Shown piece by piece: positions 9,328-19,032 of a DNA stretch of 41,846 bases. How positions within the stretch are numbered: position 1 is the stretch's first letter; each line of letters opens with the position of its first letter. This DNA is from an uncultured Chthonomonadaceae bacterium (GTDB lineage Bacteria; Armatimonadota; Chthonomonadetes; Chthonomonadales; Chthonomonadaceae). Location of the stretch: the NCBI GenBank assembly GCA_963835065.1, contig CAWIEK010000029.1:1-41846 (forward strand), read 5' to 3'. The position numbers were made by a program, and so were the translations under genes. The notes beneath the pieces were generated by a model. It searched no databases. It saw nothing but the letters and a program-made list of their open reading frames with translations, and was not told the DNA's origin.

Positions 9328-10941
9328 TTAGATGCGGATAGAGCCGACTATCGTGGCCCAGTCTCCCGTTGCATCAGCATGGTCCTTATAGGTCCATACG
9401 AGGTTCTCATCCTGGGGGTCCAAGCCGATGCCTCCGTAATCTCCCCAGCGGGGCAGCCCCGTATAGTTGGTTAGTCCTGCTTGAAGAACGGCGCTGGATC
9501 GCAGAGTCCCTGCCGCGTCGGCAGCGGCGCGGCCGGTCACATGCGCGCCGGCAAATTCCGTTGCGCCGGAGCGGCCGAAGCCGAGGAGAACGCCGCCCCC
9601 GGCAGTTGGCAGGATAACGGGATAAAAGTAGTGGACTCCACCGGCTCCATACACGCCTTCCTGCTTGAGCGCCGGGCCGTTCGCATCCAGAGGGTCAATT
9701 TCGAACCAGTGCAACGCGGCGCGGTTTTTGGGTTCGCCCCAGTTGTGCCGCGTAGTCAGCGCTGTCCAAACGGAACCATCGCGAAAGACGGCGTTTTGCA
9801 GGCGAGTATCACCGGTGTCAATGGGGTTGCCGCCGCCCTGCTGCTCCGCTTTGGGAGGCAGGTTGTAAGCGCTGACTGGCACTGTAGCCGCCGCAATCGT
9901 TGGGGCAGGGGTAAGCGGGTTCGTCAGCGTCCACAGCGCCAGTTCATTGCTGCCGGGAAACACCGCGCTGACAAAATATTGAGCCGGAGGGTTGGCACCG
10001 AATGTATGACAGGGCTGTACCGTAAACGCCGGGCTATTATTCGGGTCTTTCAGATTGGGAATGTCCGTAAACGTGACCGAACCGCCTGAGTACGGCCCGC
10101 TCTTGTCAATAATGCGAATCTTGGCATAGGCAAATGCGCCATCAAAAACAAACATATTGGCGGTGATGTAGATGGCCTTGTCGTCCACTCCCAGCGTCGG
10201 GTAGTCTCCCCAGTTGTTGGTTTTGACAGTGCCATCCACCGTGGCGTCCAGCGCATAGTTGCTCCAAGTTTTTGTAGGGTCCGAGGTATCGGAAACCGAA
10301 AGCAGAAACAGCGAGATTTGACTGTTATCCGGTCCCAAAGCGGCGGCAGCCACAATCCATCGGTCCGCATACTGATCATAGAGGGCGCGTGGGTCAAAGA
10401 TTTTGTGCTGCTGAACAACATTGGAGAACCACTGGTCCAGCGTGACTTGAGAAACCAGGCCCCCCTGTTTGTCAGCAAGAGCAATCATGGAGTTGACCGC
10501 AATAAGGACATGCTCCGGTCCGGCGGCAAGGGCGCAATCGGCGGGGAAAAAGCCGTTGACGCCAATGCCTGCAAAGGTAGTCACGACTGTGGGAGCGGGG
10601 CCGGTTCCAATAGAAGTCGGCGCGGGAGGCAGGGCAGGAAAGGCAGACAGCGCCGCGGCCCCTGCGGCGGCTGCCATATCCGGCACAATGGCCGCATCGG
10701 GCTTGTCGCCCGCCTGCGACGCCGGCGCAGTGGGTTGTTCCGCATACTGCTGCGCGGCCTGGAAGTCACTATTCGCTATGGGGTAACGTGTCGTAGCGGG
10801 CCGGGGACGGCGGTTGGGAATGGCGGGAGCCTGCGGAAGCGGGCCGCTGGGGGTAAATTGTCTTGATGGTGGAGAAGGCGCTCCGGCTATGGCGGTGCCG
10901 GGAAGCGGAACCGGGCGACTGGAACGGCGGGACTTGAGCAT
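9328..10941 (-). CDS. Uncharacterised beta-rich (probable propeller) protein with RWGDY motif
   Basis: 537 aa; P.D..LAAGP.H...VN, FDPRALYD...RW, WGDYPTLG and RWGDYGG motifs; Pro/Ala-rich N-terminus; GGAGG RBS. Confidence 0.75.
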   Translation of the reverse strand: MLKSRRSSRPVPLPGTAIAGAPSPPSRQFTPSGPLPQAPAIPNRRPRPATTRYPIANSDFQAAQQYAEQPTAPASQAGDKPDAAIVPDMAAAAGAAALSAFPALPPAPTSIGTGPAPTVVTTFAGIGVNGFFPADCALAAGPEHVLIAVNSMIALADKQGGLVSQVTLDQWFSNVVQQHKIFDPRALYDQYADRWIVAAAALGPDNSQISLFLLSVSDTSDPTKTWSNYALDATVDGTVKTNNWGDYPTLGVDDKAIYITANMFVFDGAFAYAKIRIIDKSGPYSGGSVTFTDIPNLKDPNNSPAFTVQPCHTFGANPPAQYFVSAVFPGSNELALWTLTNPLTPAPTIAAATVPVSAYNLPPKAEQQGGGNPIDTGDTRLQNAVFRDGSVWTALTTRHNWGEPKNRAALHWFEIDPLDANGPALKQEGVYGAGGVHYFYPVILPTAGGGVLLGFGRSGATEFAGAHVTGRAAADAAGTLRSSAVLQAGLTNYTGLPRWGDYGGIGLDPQDENLVWTYKDHADATGDWATIVGSIRI

Positions 10942-10958
10942 CTTGTTCTACCTCCTCG

Positions 10959-11183
10959 CTATAGGCTGGACGTATCCGTTTCTGCGGCTTCCTTTAGCCG
11001 CTCATACTCCCCATTCAAAATTGGTATTTGGATGGGAACTGCGCAGGGCGCGCGTGGCGGTTCCACCGCTGTGGACGGCGCGGGCGCGGCAAAAGGCGAG
11101 AACTTCTGTCCCGTCTGCTCATGCCGCCCCGTCAGCGCTGAAGGATTTTCCTGCGCGCTCGTAGTTTCTACGTGATCAGCCAT
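10959..11183 (-). CDS. Small hypothetical protein upstream of the RWGDY protein
   Basis: ATG 11183 after AGGAAGAGG; stop 17 nt before the next start. Confidence 0.45.
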   Translation of the reverse strand: MADHVETTSAQENPSALTGRHEQTGQKFSPFAAPAPSTAVEPPRAPCAVPIQIPILNGEYERLKEAAETDTSSL

Positions 11184-11261
11184 TGGCCTCTTCCTTTCCA
11201 TTGGCTTCATTTTCGATGGTAACTCTGAGCCTATTATAACACAAATTGAGGTTTATGTCTC

Positions 11262-11753
11262 ATGCCAACGTGTCACAAATGCAAAGAGAAGTTTCCCAAT
11301 CGCCTTATTGTAGACGGCAAAGAGCGGTTTCTAAACAAGCGCAAGTTCTGTTTGGAATGTTCGCCATTTGACAGGCACAATACAGTTGACTTGACACTAC
11401 CCTCAAGAGATGGTGAGCAATGCGTTTGTCGTGAGTGCGGCAAGGGCGTTGTTTACAAGCGTACCGGAGGCCATCGGCGCACACTTTGCAATACCTGTTC
11501 CGTTCACAAAAACCGTTTCGTTGTGAAGCAGTAGGCGATTGCCTACAAGGGTGGGGGATGCGCAATCTGCGGATACAACCGATGTATGGGCGCGCTGCAA
11601 TTTCACCATCTCGATGCCGACGCGAAAAAATTTACCATTGGCGGCAACCATACGCGCCGCAAATCTGTCTTGACAAAAGAGTTGGATAAGTGTATATTGT
11701 TGTGTGCCAATTGCCATGCGGAACTACACGCTGGTTTCGTTACAATTGCCTGA
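11262..11753 (+). pseudogene. Phage-type HNH endonuclease with Zn fingers, interrupted by in-frame TAG at 11532-11534
   Basis: Reading through the TAG gives AIAYKGGGCAICGYNRCMGALQFHHLD...KELDKCILLCANCHAELH, ending at TGA 11751-11753; CxxC pairs in the N-terminal half. Confidence 0.85.
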
Positions 11754-11820
11754 GTGGCGCAATTGGTAGCGCAGCGGATTTGTAAACCGCCGGTTGCGGG
11801 TTCAAGTCCTGTCTCAGGCC
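11748..11820 (+). tRNA. tRNA-Thr(TGT)
   Basis: Cloverleaf: acceptor GCCTGAG/CTCAGGC, D arm GCGC-AATTGGTA-GCGC, anticodon arm GCGGA-TTTGTAA-ACCGC, T arm GCGGG-TTCAAGT-CCTGT; 73 nt, no encoded CCA. Confidence 0.9.
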
Positions 11821-11823
11821 TGA

Positions 11824-11868
11824 AAGCGGGGTGAATGTCAGCAGTTGACATTCACCCCGCTTGTTTTT
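11824..11868 (+). terminator. Intrinsic terminator, possibly bidirectional, between the tRNA and the S9 peptidase
   Basis: 17-bp perfect stem AAGCGGGGTGAATGTCA / TGACATTCACCCCGCTT then GTTTTT. Confidence 0.85.
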
Positions 11869-14800
11869 ACTCCCCCGCTTTCTCGGTTGCTTCGTCCTTT
11901 TCCTCGTCCTTGTCGTCTTCCGCCGACCAATGTAACTGCACGGGCGGGAAATCCAGAATGTGCAGCAGTCCCGCGCTTTGCGTTTTGGGGATGCGGTACA
12001 CAATCGCGCAGCCGAACGCCAATTGCCCCGTTTCCGCGTCCGGGTGCTGCGACGTGCGCAGGTGTTCGCCCTCCATCAGCACCTTGCCGCCCAGCACGTC
12101 GAGGGAAACGCCGATGGGTAAGGATGAAGGATGGAGGTTGGAGGTTGGTGATTGCCGATTCCCGTGCTTCCGTATTCCGTATTCCGTTTTCTCGTTTTCT
12201 CCTCTTCTCCTCTTCTTCCAGTCGGATCGTCGCTAAGGGCAGCAGCAGGGGCGGGACGTGTTCGCGGGTGTCTTTGTTGCTGATGGTGAAGACGATTTCG
12301 AGCAGTTCGGTGGGATTGGGCGCGTCCTTTTCGGGCTTGGGCTGGCCGACGAACGTGGCTAAGTCGGCGCGGGTGACGCACAATTCCAGCAGGCCGTTCG
12401 CGCTCGGAACCTTGTCGCCCATGCGGTACGTGGACGGGTTTTGCCCCGCGTGGCGGAGGTACTTGTCCATCCAGTTCAGGCAGCGGCGGATTTCGTCCAT
12501 TTTGTGGTTGGGTTCGCGCAGGCCGTGTCCTTCGCGGGGATAGTGGACAAACTGCGCGGTTACGCCCCGATGCCGCAATGCCTGATACATCTCTTTCGAG
12601 TTGCTGATGAACGTGTTGCTGTCCTCATCCCCGTGAATAATCAGGGTGGGGGTTTGGATGGCGTCCAGATACGTGCCGGGCGACATGCGGCGATAGATTT
12701 CCGGGTCTTCCCAATAGTACGCGCCCGCATACTCGTTTTCCCATCTTGACAACTCCGAATTGCTGTAATCGGTTTGCAGGTGGAAGATGCCGAACATGGA
12801 AACGGCGGCCTTAAAGCGGTTGGTGTGTCCAATCGCCCAGTTGGTCATGTAGCCGCCATACGAGCCGCCCATCACGCCCAACTTTTCCGGGTCGGCAATA
12901 GATTGCGCGATGCACCAGTCCACGCCCGCCATGATGTCGGCAAAATCCCCGCCGCCCAGATCGCGCCGGTTGGCAATCGCAAATTCATTCCCGTACCCCT
13001 CACTGCCCCGAAAGTTAGGCCGCAGCACCGCATACCCTTCCGCCGCCCACACAGGAGCCATGCTGTAATTTTGCAGCGTATTCGTGGAGCGTCCTTTCGG
13101 CCCGCCATGAATTTGCACGATTAAGGGAACAGGGAACAGGGAACAGGGAACAGTAGTTGGGGGTTGTGTCCTTCCCTGCGGGTGGACGTCCGGGTTGAGG
13201 GGTGAGGTTTCTCCTCTGTTCCCTGTTCCCTGTTCCCTGTTCCCTATTCCCGGCAGCGTCAGCACGCCCTCAATGACAAGCCCGTCGGGACTCGTCCACG
13301 ACACCACTTCCTGATGCGGTAACCGGTAGTTTTTGGCGAAGTCGGCGTTGAGTTGTGTCAGTTGGTGAACCGCACCCGTTTCGTCGCGCAGAAAGATTTC
13401 GGGGAGGGATTGGGCGCTTTCCTGCACGTAGGCCACACTGTGCCCACCCGGATCAAGCGCCAGATCATCAATTGAGAATGGGGGATTTTGGATTTTGGAT
13501 TGTTCATTGGGCAATGGCTCGTTGGGCGATGGCGCGTTGGTTTGGGAGGATTGCGGAGCCGTTAGGAAAGTGGCAGTGTTTTCTGTTGCTTCACCGGATT
13601 CGTTCGCTTCGCCTGGAGTGATTTGCGCGATTTCAGAGCCGGTGCGGACGGCGGCGAGCGCATAGCCGAGAACAGGGGGAGCAACATTCGGAGAGCGCGG
13701 CGTGAAGGCAGGGTTGGAAACGTTTTCGCTTGTCGCGGATTCCTTGTTTGTTGCTTGCTTGTTTTCAGATTCTTCGGCTTCTGTTGCTTTTTCTGTTGCT
13801 TTGTTCTCAGATTCTTCAGAATCTTCTTCTGCGTCTTCTATGGGACGCGCCCACTCAAACGCGCTCAGGTCGTAATCTATATCGGCCAGCAGGCGGCAGT
13901 CGGTTAATCCGGGCGCGTTCTGGCCGTATTCTGTGGAGGCGTGGGCAGGCGCTTCCTGCGGCACATCCGTTACGAACACGCACTCCCGCGAATACGACAA
14001 CTGCGGATCGAGCCACGACAAAAACGCCAGTTGGCTGCCATCCGGCGACCAGCGCAAATGGTACTTGCCGCCCGTCCGCGCAATCAACTTTACCGTTCTG
14101 CCGCCGCTCAAATAGCGAACGTACAAATCCGCGAGATGGTAGTCGTTGCCTTCGCCGCTGTAGTTGGTTATGAAGGCCAGCCGTTCGCCATCGGGAGAAA
14201 GGGCAAACTCTGACACGCCGTAATCGCCCGTGAGCAGCAATTTGGGTTTTTCGTCGTCCACATCCACGCGCCACAATTGACGGCGCAGGCGATCATCCTG
14301 CTCCACAATCGGGTCTACTTTGCGCCGATGCCGTTCGTCTTTGCGCAGGGATTCGAGCGGGCGCGGGCGGGGTTCCGAAGCCAGGTACGCGATGCTGTTG
14401 GTATCCCCAATCCACTCGTAATCCAAAACGCCCTCACGCGCGCTCGTCACTTTCCGCGCTTCGCCGCCGTCAATGGGCAATATCCAGACCTGCTCCGTCG
14501 CGTCGTCATCATCGTCCTCTGCAACGAATTGCGTTTCATCCGGGCGCGCGGACAGAAAGGCCAGATACCGCCCATCCGGCGACCAGCGCGGCTGCGTTTC
14601 CCCATCCCGCGAAAACGTCAACTGCCGCGTCAGGTCCTCCGAGTTGAGGGTTGAGGGTTGAGGGTTGAGGGGGGCAGGCAAGGATGAAGGATGAAGGATG
14701 AAGGATGAATCCTCTCCTCCTGTTCCCTGTTCCCTGTTCCCTGTTCCCTGTTCCTCTTCCTCCTCCGGCGGAACAAACTCCGTCAGCCACAGATGGCTGA

Positions 14801-14993
14801 TCCAGTGGCTTTCGTCGAAGTCGGCTTCGGTAGCGACAAAGGCTACGCGCAGGCCGTCAGGATGGATTTGCGGGTCGCTCAGACGTTTGGTTTCGAGCAG
14901 GGCGCGGGCGGTGATACGCTGCCTGGGGCGCGGGTTTATGTCAGTTGTTGACGTTGTGTTGGTTGATTGCTTAGGATTGGCGTTTGAAATCAT
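11867..14993 (-). CDS. S9 family peptidase (acylaminoacyl/dipeptidyl-peptidase-like) with repeat insertions and a frameshift near 12110-12220
   Basis: PD40-like WSPDG repeats, IHGGP, GGSYGG nucleophile, HGDED and EGHG; the true C-terminus appears to be ORF 11867..12097 (PIGVSLDVLGGKV...). Confidence 0.9.
13123..13250. repeat. Intragenic palindromic element: inverted arrays of heptamer AGGGAAC
   Basis: (AGGGAAC)x4 at 13123-13151 and (TGTTCCC)x4-5 at 13217-13250; translated as [10 protein letters not shown] and VPCSLFPVP. Confidence 0.9.
14643..14754. repeat. Intragenic compound heptamer arrays GTTGAGG, AGGATGA, TGTTCCC
   Basis: About 4-5 copies of each, in frame within the S9 gene. Confidence 0.9.
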
Positions 14994-15074
14994 GCAGTCA
15001 GTATAGACGAAAATACGAGGCAGAGGCAATTGCCGCCGATAAAAATGTGGTTGTTCCCAGTCAGGGCGGCGCGT

Positions 15075-16034
15075 TTATACTGCCGCTCCAAAATGATGCT
15101 TCCACTTGGAAGCGAGTTCCCGGCCCGTATCTGCCAGCATAGCCATCTCCGCTTCATTCATGGGCTGAAAACTTTTTGCCCATGCCACATTCCGCCGTAA
15201 TTCCTCGCCGGTTGCCATGCCGATACACGCCATACTGACATGCGGCTGACTTAGCGCATACCGAAACGCCTGCGCATGATAGGCAAGCGGCATCAGGCTG
15301 TTGCTCAACGACTTGCCGTTTTCGCCGCCGAACACCTTCATCGCCACCAGGCCGATATGTTGTTTCGCCGCTGTCGGCCAGACTTTGCCCTCGAAATCGT
15401 AGGTGTGCTTGTCGGCAAAGTTGACGGCGTTCATCATCACGTCAACAGGATACTCTTTCAGGATGCGCAGGAACTTCCAGGGGCGGCTGTGTCCACTGAT
15501 GCCGACATGCCGCGTCAGTCCCTCTTTCTTCGCCCTCAGCAGGAATTCCATCACGCCACCTTTGCCAAGAATTACTTCGAGAGGCATCTTCGAGTCGCCG
15601 ACGCTATGCGCGTACACCAGGTCGGCGTGGTCTGTGCGCAGTTCTTTGAGGTTGGCTTCCAGCAGTTTCAAGGCTTCATCCGCTGTGGGCTTCCAGCATT
15701 TGGTGACAAGAAAAACTTCTTTACGCCGCCCTTGCAGCGCATGGCCGAGGTACTCCTGCGCTTTGCCATAGCCGGCGAACTCCGGGGCCGTGTCAAAATA
15801 ATTGACGCCCAGCGCAATCGCCTCATGGAACAACTTTACCGCAGCCTCAACCGGAAGCCGTTCCCCGGCGGGAGCGGTTCCAAATCCGATCAGCGGCACA
15901 CTGACTCCCGTTTTGCCCAGGATTCGGCGCGGCAGCGGTTTTGTGTCCGCGTCGGCGATTTCCGTCAGCGCCATGCCTGCCGCCACTGCGCTTGTTGCCT
16001 GCAAAAACTCGCGTCGAGATAGTTCCTCCGGCAT
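15075..16034 (-). CDS. Aldo/keto reductase with Tat signal peptide
   Basis: SRREFL Tat motif; LGKTG, FDTA..Y, VTK, H, GISGH, GLVAMK. Confidence 0.9.
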   Translation of the reverse strand: MPEELSRREFLQATSAVAAGMALTEIADADTKPLPRRILGKTGVSVPLIGFGTAPAGERLPVEAAVKLFHEAIALGVNYFDTAPEFAGYGKAQEYLGHALQGRRKEVFLVTKCWKPTADEALKLLEANLKELRTDHADLVYAHSVGDSKMPLEVILGKGGVMEFLLRAKKEGLTRHVGISGHSRPWKFLRILKEYPVDVMMNAVNFADKHTYDFEGKVWPTAAKQHIGLVAMKVFGGENGKSLSNSLMPLAYHAQAFRYALSQPHVSMACIGMATGEELRRNVAWAKSFQPMNEAEMAMLADTGRELASKWKHHFGAAV

Positions 16035-16037
16035 GAT

Positions 16038-16484
16038 CTACTCCGTTTCCGCGCGTAATTTGGCGCGGGTTTCTACAAGGATTTTGCCAAGCATATTTTT
16101 GCCCGTGCCTTCCTTGCCGATGCCCCAATAATAATCCCCCGGCGCGTTTTCCACCAGTTCCTCGTTATCCGTTGCCAGCAGAATGGCGCGTATGTCCTCA
16201 TGGGCGCGAAACTTTGCCAGCACCGCTTCGCGCATGATGTCGTCCTTTACCTGCTCCCAATCCGGGCGCAATGGCCGCGTTCGTTCCCGGCCCATTTCCG
16301 CCGCGCGTTTGGGGGCGGGAGCCAACTGGACTTCCTCCTCATCCGGCGTTCCGGCAAATTTCTGCGCCTGAAAATAATGCTCACTGGTTTTCCAGTACAC
16401 GCCCTTCAGCGTGAAGCCGTGCTTTGAAAAGTTGGAAAAGCAGCCATAGGGTTTTTCCCGGTCACTGTAAAAATAAATGGTCAT
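16038..16484 (-). CDS. NADAR family protein (YbiA-like)
   Basis: YGCFSNF, TSEHYFQAQKF, RPDWEQVK, LVEN..D.YWG, GKNMLGKIL. Confidence 0.93.
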   Translation of the reverse strand: MTIYFYSDREKPYGCFSNFSKHGFTLKGVYWKTSEHYFQAQKFAGTPDEEEVQLAPAPKRAAEMGRERTRPLRPDWEQVKDDIMREAVLAKFRAHEDIRAILLATDNEELVENAPGDYYWGIGKEGTGKNMLGKILVETRAKLRAETE

Positions 16485-16586
16485 TCCCGCTCCTGCTCCA
16501 TGCCACACTCCTGCCCAACCCGCTAACAAAGGAATATGCCCTGCACTAACGCAGAACACCGAACACCGAATACCGAATATCCGAAC

Positions 16587-17417
16587 TCAATGTTTCCAGA
16601 ACTGCCGGGGCTTGCGGGCAAGTTTGGTTTCGCAGGCTTTGCATAAGAAGATCATTTTGCCGTCCACCATGCCGACTTTGCCTTCCTGATTGGTTTTGCC
16701 GCATACGGCGCAGGCCATGCCGCTTTGCCCGCCGGTTTTGGTCGTTTGCGTAGGCGCGGCAGGCCCGCCCTTGCGCAACTGCGCAATGTACCCCAATTCA
16801 TTGTGCGCCACTTTGCTGTTAGGGTCGAGTTCCAGCGAGTCCAGAAAACACGTTTCCGCCTCGTCCAAATGGTTCATTTCGATCAACTGAAAGCCGCGTC
16901 CACGCAGTGCGGCGGCGCGGGCTGTGGGCGTCACGTCCTCTCCCATTGCGAGAACTTCGCTGTACAAGGCCAGCGCAGACTGAAGATCGCCAAGCGAACT
17001 CAGCACTTTGCCTTTTTCAAGGCGGAACTGTGGCTGCCTCGGCTCCAGTTTTTGCCCCGCGTCCAGCCAGCGCAGGGCTTCCTGTGTGCGTCCGCGCTCC
17101 ACTTCCAGAAAGCCCATGTAGTAGTGGGCGCGCGGGTAGGCGTTGCCGAGCCACGTCACGGAACGCTCCTCGCCCCGCGCCTTCTGCCGCATCACCGCAT
17201 GGATAAACTCTTCCTGATCCCAATACTTCGCAAACAGCGTCCCGTCGTGTTCGTAGGCGTTGACGTAGTGGGGCGGCGTTCGCGCGATCACGGCCTGCAG
17301 CAGCCTTTCCGCGCTTCGCAGGTCGCCCTTCATCAGCGCGGCGATTGCCTGATTTACCTTCTCAACGTCTTCCCGTTCCGCGCTGGCTTCGGGTGAGGGT
17401 TCCTGTGGTACTGACAT
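16587..17417 (-). CDS. Tetratricopeptide repeat protein with C-terminal CxxC...CxxC ribbon
   Basis: GGAGG RBS before ATG 17417; TPR-like helices; CAVC and CKAC near the C-terminus. Confidence 0.8.
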   Translation of the reverse strand: MSVPQEPSPEASAEREDVEKVNQAIAALMKGDLRSAERLLQAVIARTPPHYVNAYEHDGTLFAKYWDQEEFIHAVMRQKARGEERSVTWLGNAYPRAHYYMGFLEVERGRTQEALRWLDAGQKLEPRQPQFRLEKGKVLSSLGDLQSALALYSEVLAMGEDVTPTARAAALRGRGFQLIEMNHLDEAETCFLDSLELDPNSKVAHNELGYIAQLRKGGPAAPTQTTKTGGQSGMACAVCGKTNQEGKVGMVDGKMIFLCKACETKLARKPRQFWKH

Positions 17418-17689
17418 ACGGTTTGCCTCCCATTTTCTGCTTTGTTTCCATAGCATCCGTAATTCGCGCAAGAAGCAACTTGCTGCGGAATAGTTCGTTA
17501 CCGAATAGTTCTTTGGAGAATAATTCGCTATTGCGGCGTTACTTCCTGCATGGGCGAGGGAAGATAGCGGAAAAATTGGAAACAAAAGAAATTGTACAGG
17601 GAAACGGAACTTTTGGGCAGGAAACGGAGCAGGGCGCGGCCAAACTAACGGCAGATTTATCCATTTCATTGGTGAAGGGAACACACGTC

Positions 17690-18793
17690 ATGCAGCCTGT
17701 CAATATCGGCATCATCGGATGCGGCAACATCAGCGGCATCTATTTCAAAAACCTGGGAATGTTTCGCAACACGCGGGTTGTGGCCTGCGCCGACCTCGAT
17801 TTGGAACGCGCCCGCGCCAAAGCCGAAGAACACAACATCCCGAAAGCCTGCAGCGTGGCCGAACTGCTGGCCGACCCGGACATACAAATCGTCGTCAACC
17901 TGACCATTCCCATCGCCCACCATGAAGTCTGTCTGCAGGCGCTGAAGGCGGGCAAGCATGTGTATGTGGAAAAGCCACTGTCCATTACCCGCGAACAGGG
18001 CACGGAATTGCTGGATTTAACGCGGGAAACCCATCTGCGCGTGGGCTGCGCGCCCGATACATTTTTGGGCGGCGGCCTGCAAACCTGCCGCAAACTGATT
18101 GACGACGGCTGGATCGGCGAACCCATCGGCGCAGTCGCGTTCATGCTGTGTCACGGGCACGAGTCGTGGCATCCCGACCCGGAATTCTATTATAAAGTCG
18201 GCGGCGGCCCGATGTTCGACATGGGACCGTATTATCTGACCGCGTTGGTTTCTTTGATGGGGCCGATGAAGCGGCTTTCCGGGTCCGCGCGGGCCACCTT
18301 CCCCGAACGCACGATTACCAGCGCGCCCAAATACGGCACGAAAGTGAGCGTGGACACGCCCACCCATGTTGCGGGCGTCATGGACTTTGCAAGCGGCGCG
18401 GTGGGCACGATTTTAACCACGTTTGACGTGTGGGCCTCCAACCTGCCGCGTATTGAAATCTACGGCACGGAGGGTTCGCTCGATGTTCCCGACCCCAACT
18501 CATTCGGCGGGCCGGTGCGGGTTCGGCGCATGGGCGCAAAAGAGTGGAGCGAAGTGCCGCTCACGCACGGCTATGCGGAAAACAGCCGGGGTATCGGCGT
18601 GGCGGATATGGCGGCAGCCATTGCATCCGGCAGGCCGCACCGCGCCAACGGCAATCTCGCGTACCACGTTCTCGAAGCCATGCACGGCTTCCACGACGCT
18701 TCCAACGCCGGCCACTACTACGAAATGCAAAGCGCGTGTGAGCGTCCCGCCGCCTTCCCGCTCGGCCTCCCCAAAGACGCCGTTGATGAATAA
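17690..18793 (+). CDS. Gfo/Idh/MocA family oxidoreductase
   Basis: [31 protein letters not shown]. Confidence 0.93.
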   Translation: MQPVNIGIIGCGNISGIYFKNLGMFRNTRVVACADLDLERARAKAEEHNIPKACSVAELLADPDIQIVVNLTIPIAHHEVCLQALKAGKHVYVEKPLSITREQGTELLDLTRETHLRVGCAPDTFLGGGLQTCRKLIDDGWIGEPIGAVAFMLCHGHESWHPDPEFYYKVGGGPMFDMGPYYLTALVSLMGPMKRLSGSARATFPERTITSAPKYGTKVSVDTPTHVAGVMDFASGAVGTILTTFDVWASNLPRIEIYGTEGSLDVPDPNSFGGPVRVRRMGAKEWSEVPLTHGYAENSRGIGVADMAAAIASGRPHRANGNLAYHVLEAMHGFHDASNAGHYYEMQSACERPAAFPLGLPKDAVDE

Positions 18794-18822
18794 ACGTCGT
18801 TGAAGAGTAAAGGAAATCAGGA

Positions 18823-19032
18823 ATGAAGATGACGTATGACGCCGAAGTGGATATTCTTTATATTCGGCTGGAAGGCGCGCAAATCCAAGAAAGTGATGAA
18901 GTGGAGGAGGGGGTCGTATTGGATTACGACGATGCAGGGCGCGTCGTTGGTATGGAAATACAGGACGCTTCCGATTATGTTGCCGCTTTGAAAGCCGCTT
19001 CCACACCCCAAGCGCGCATTGCAGTTGGTTAG
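18823..19032 (+). CDS. DUF2283 domain protein (putative antitoxin)
   Basis: TYDAEVDILYIRL...ESDEV..GVVLDYD..GRVVGMEI..AS. Confidence 0.9.
   Translation: MKMTYDAEVDILYIRLEGAQIQESDEVEEGVVLDYDDAGRVVGMEIQDASDYVAALKAASTPQARIAVG

Noticed and set aside
11748..11862. Prophage or integrative element at tRNA-Thr
   Set aside because: No integrase and no duplicated tRNA 3' end (att site) seen in the window
11838..12110. C-terminus of the 1063-aa ORF as given in the track
   Set aside because: Arg/Gly-rich out-of-frame tail running into the terminator; the alternative frame 11867..12097 looks like the real end
15075..16034. Tat-exported aldo/keto reductase as a novelty
   Set aside because: Tat-signal AKRs are common in several environmental phyla
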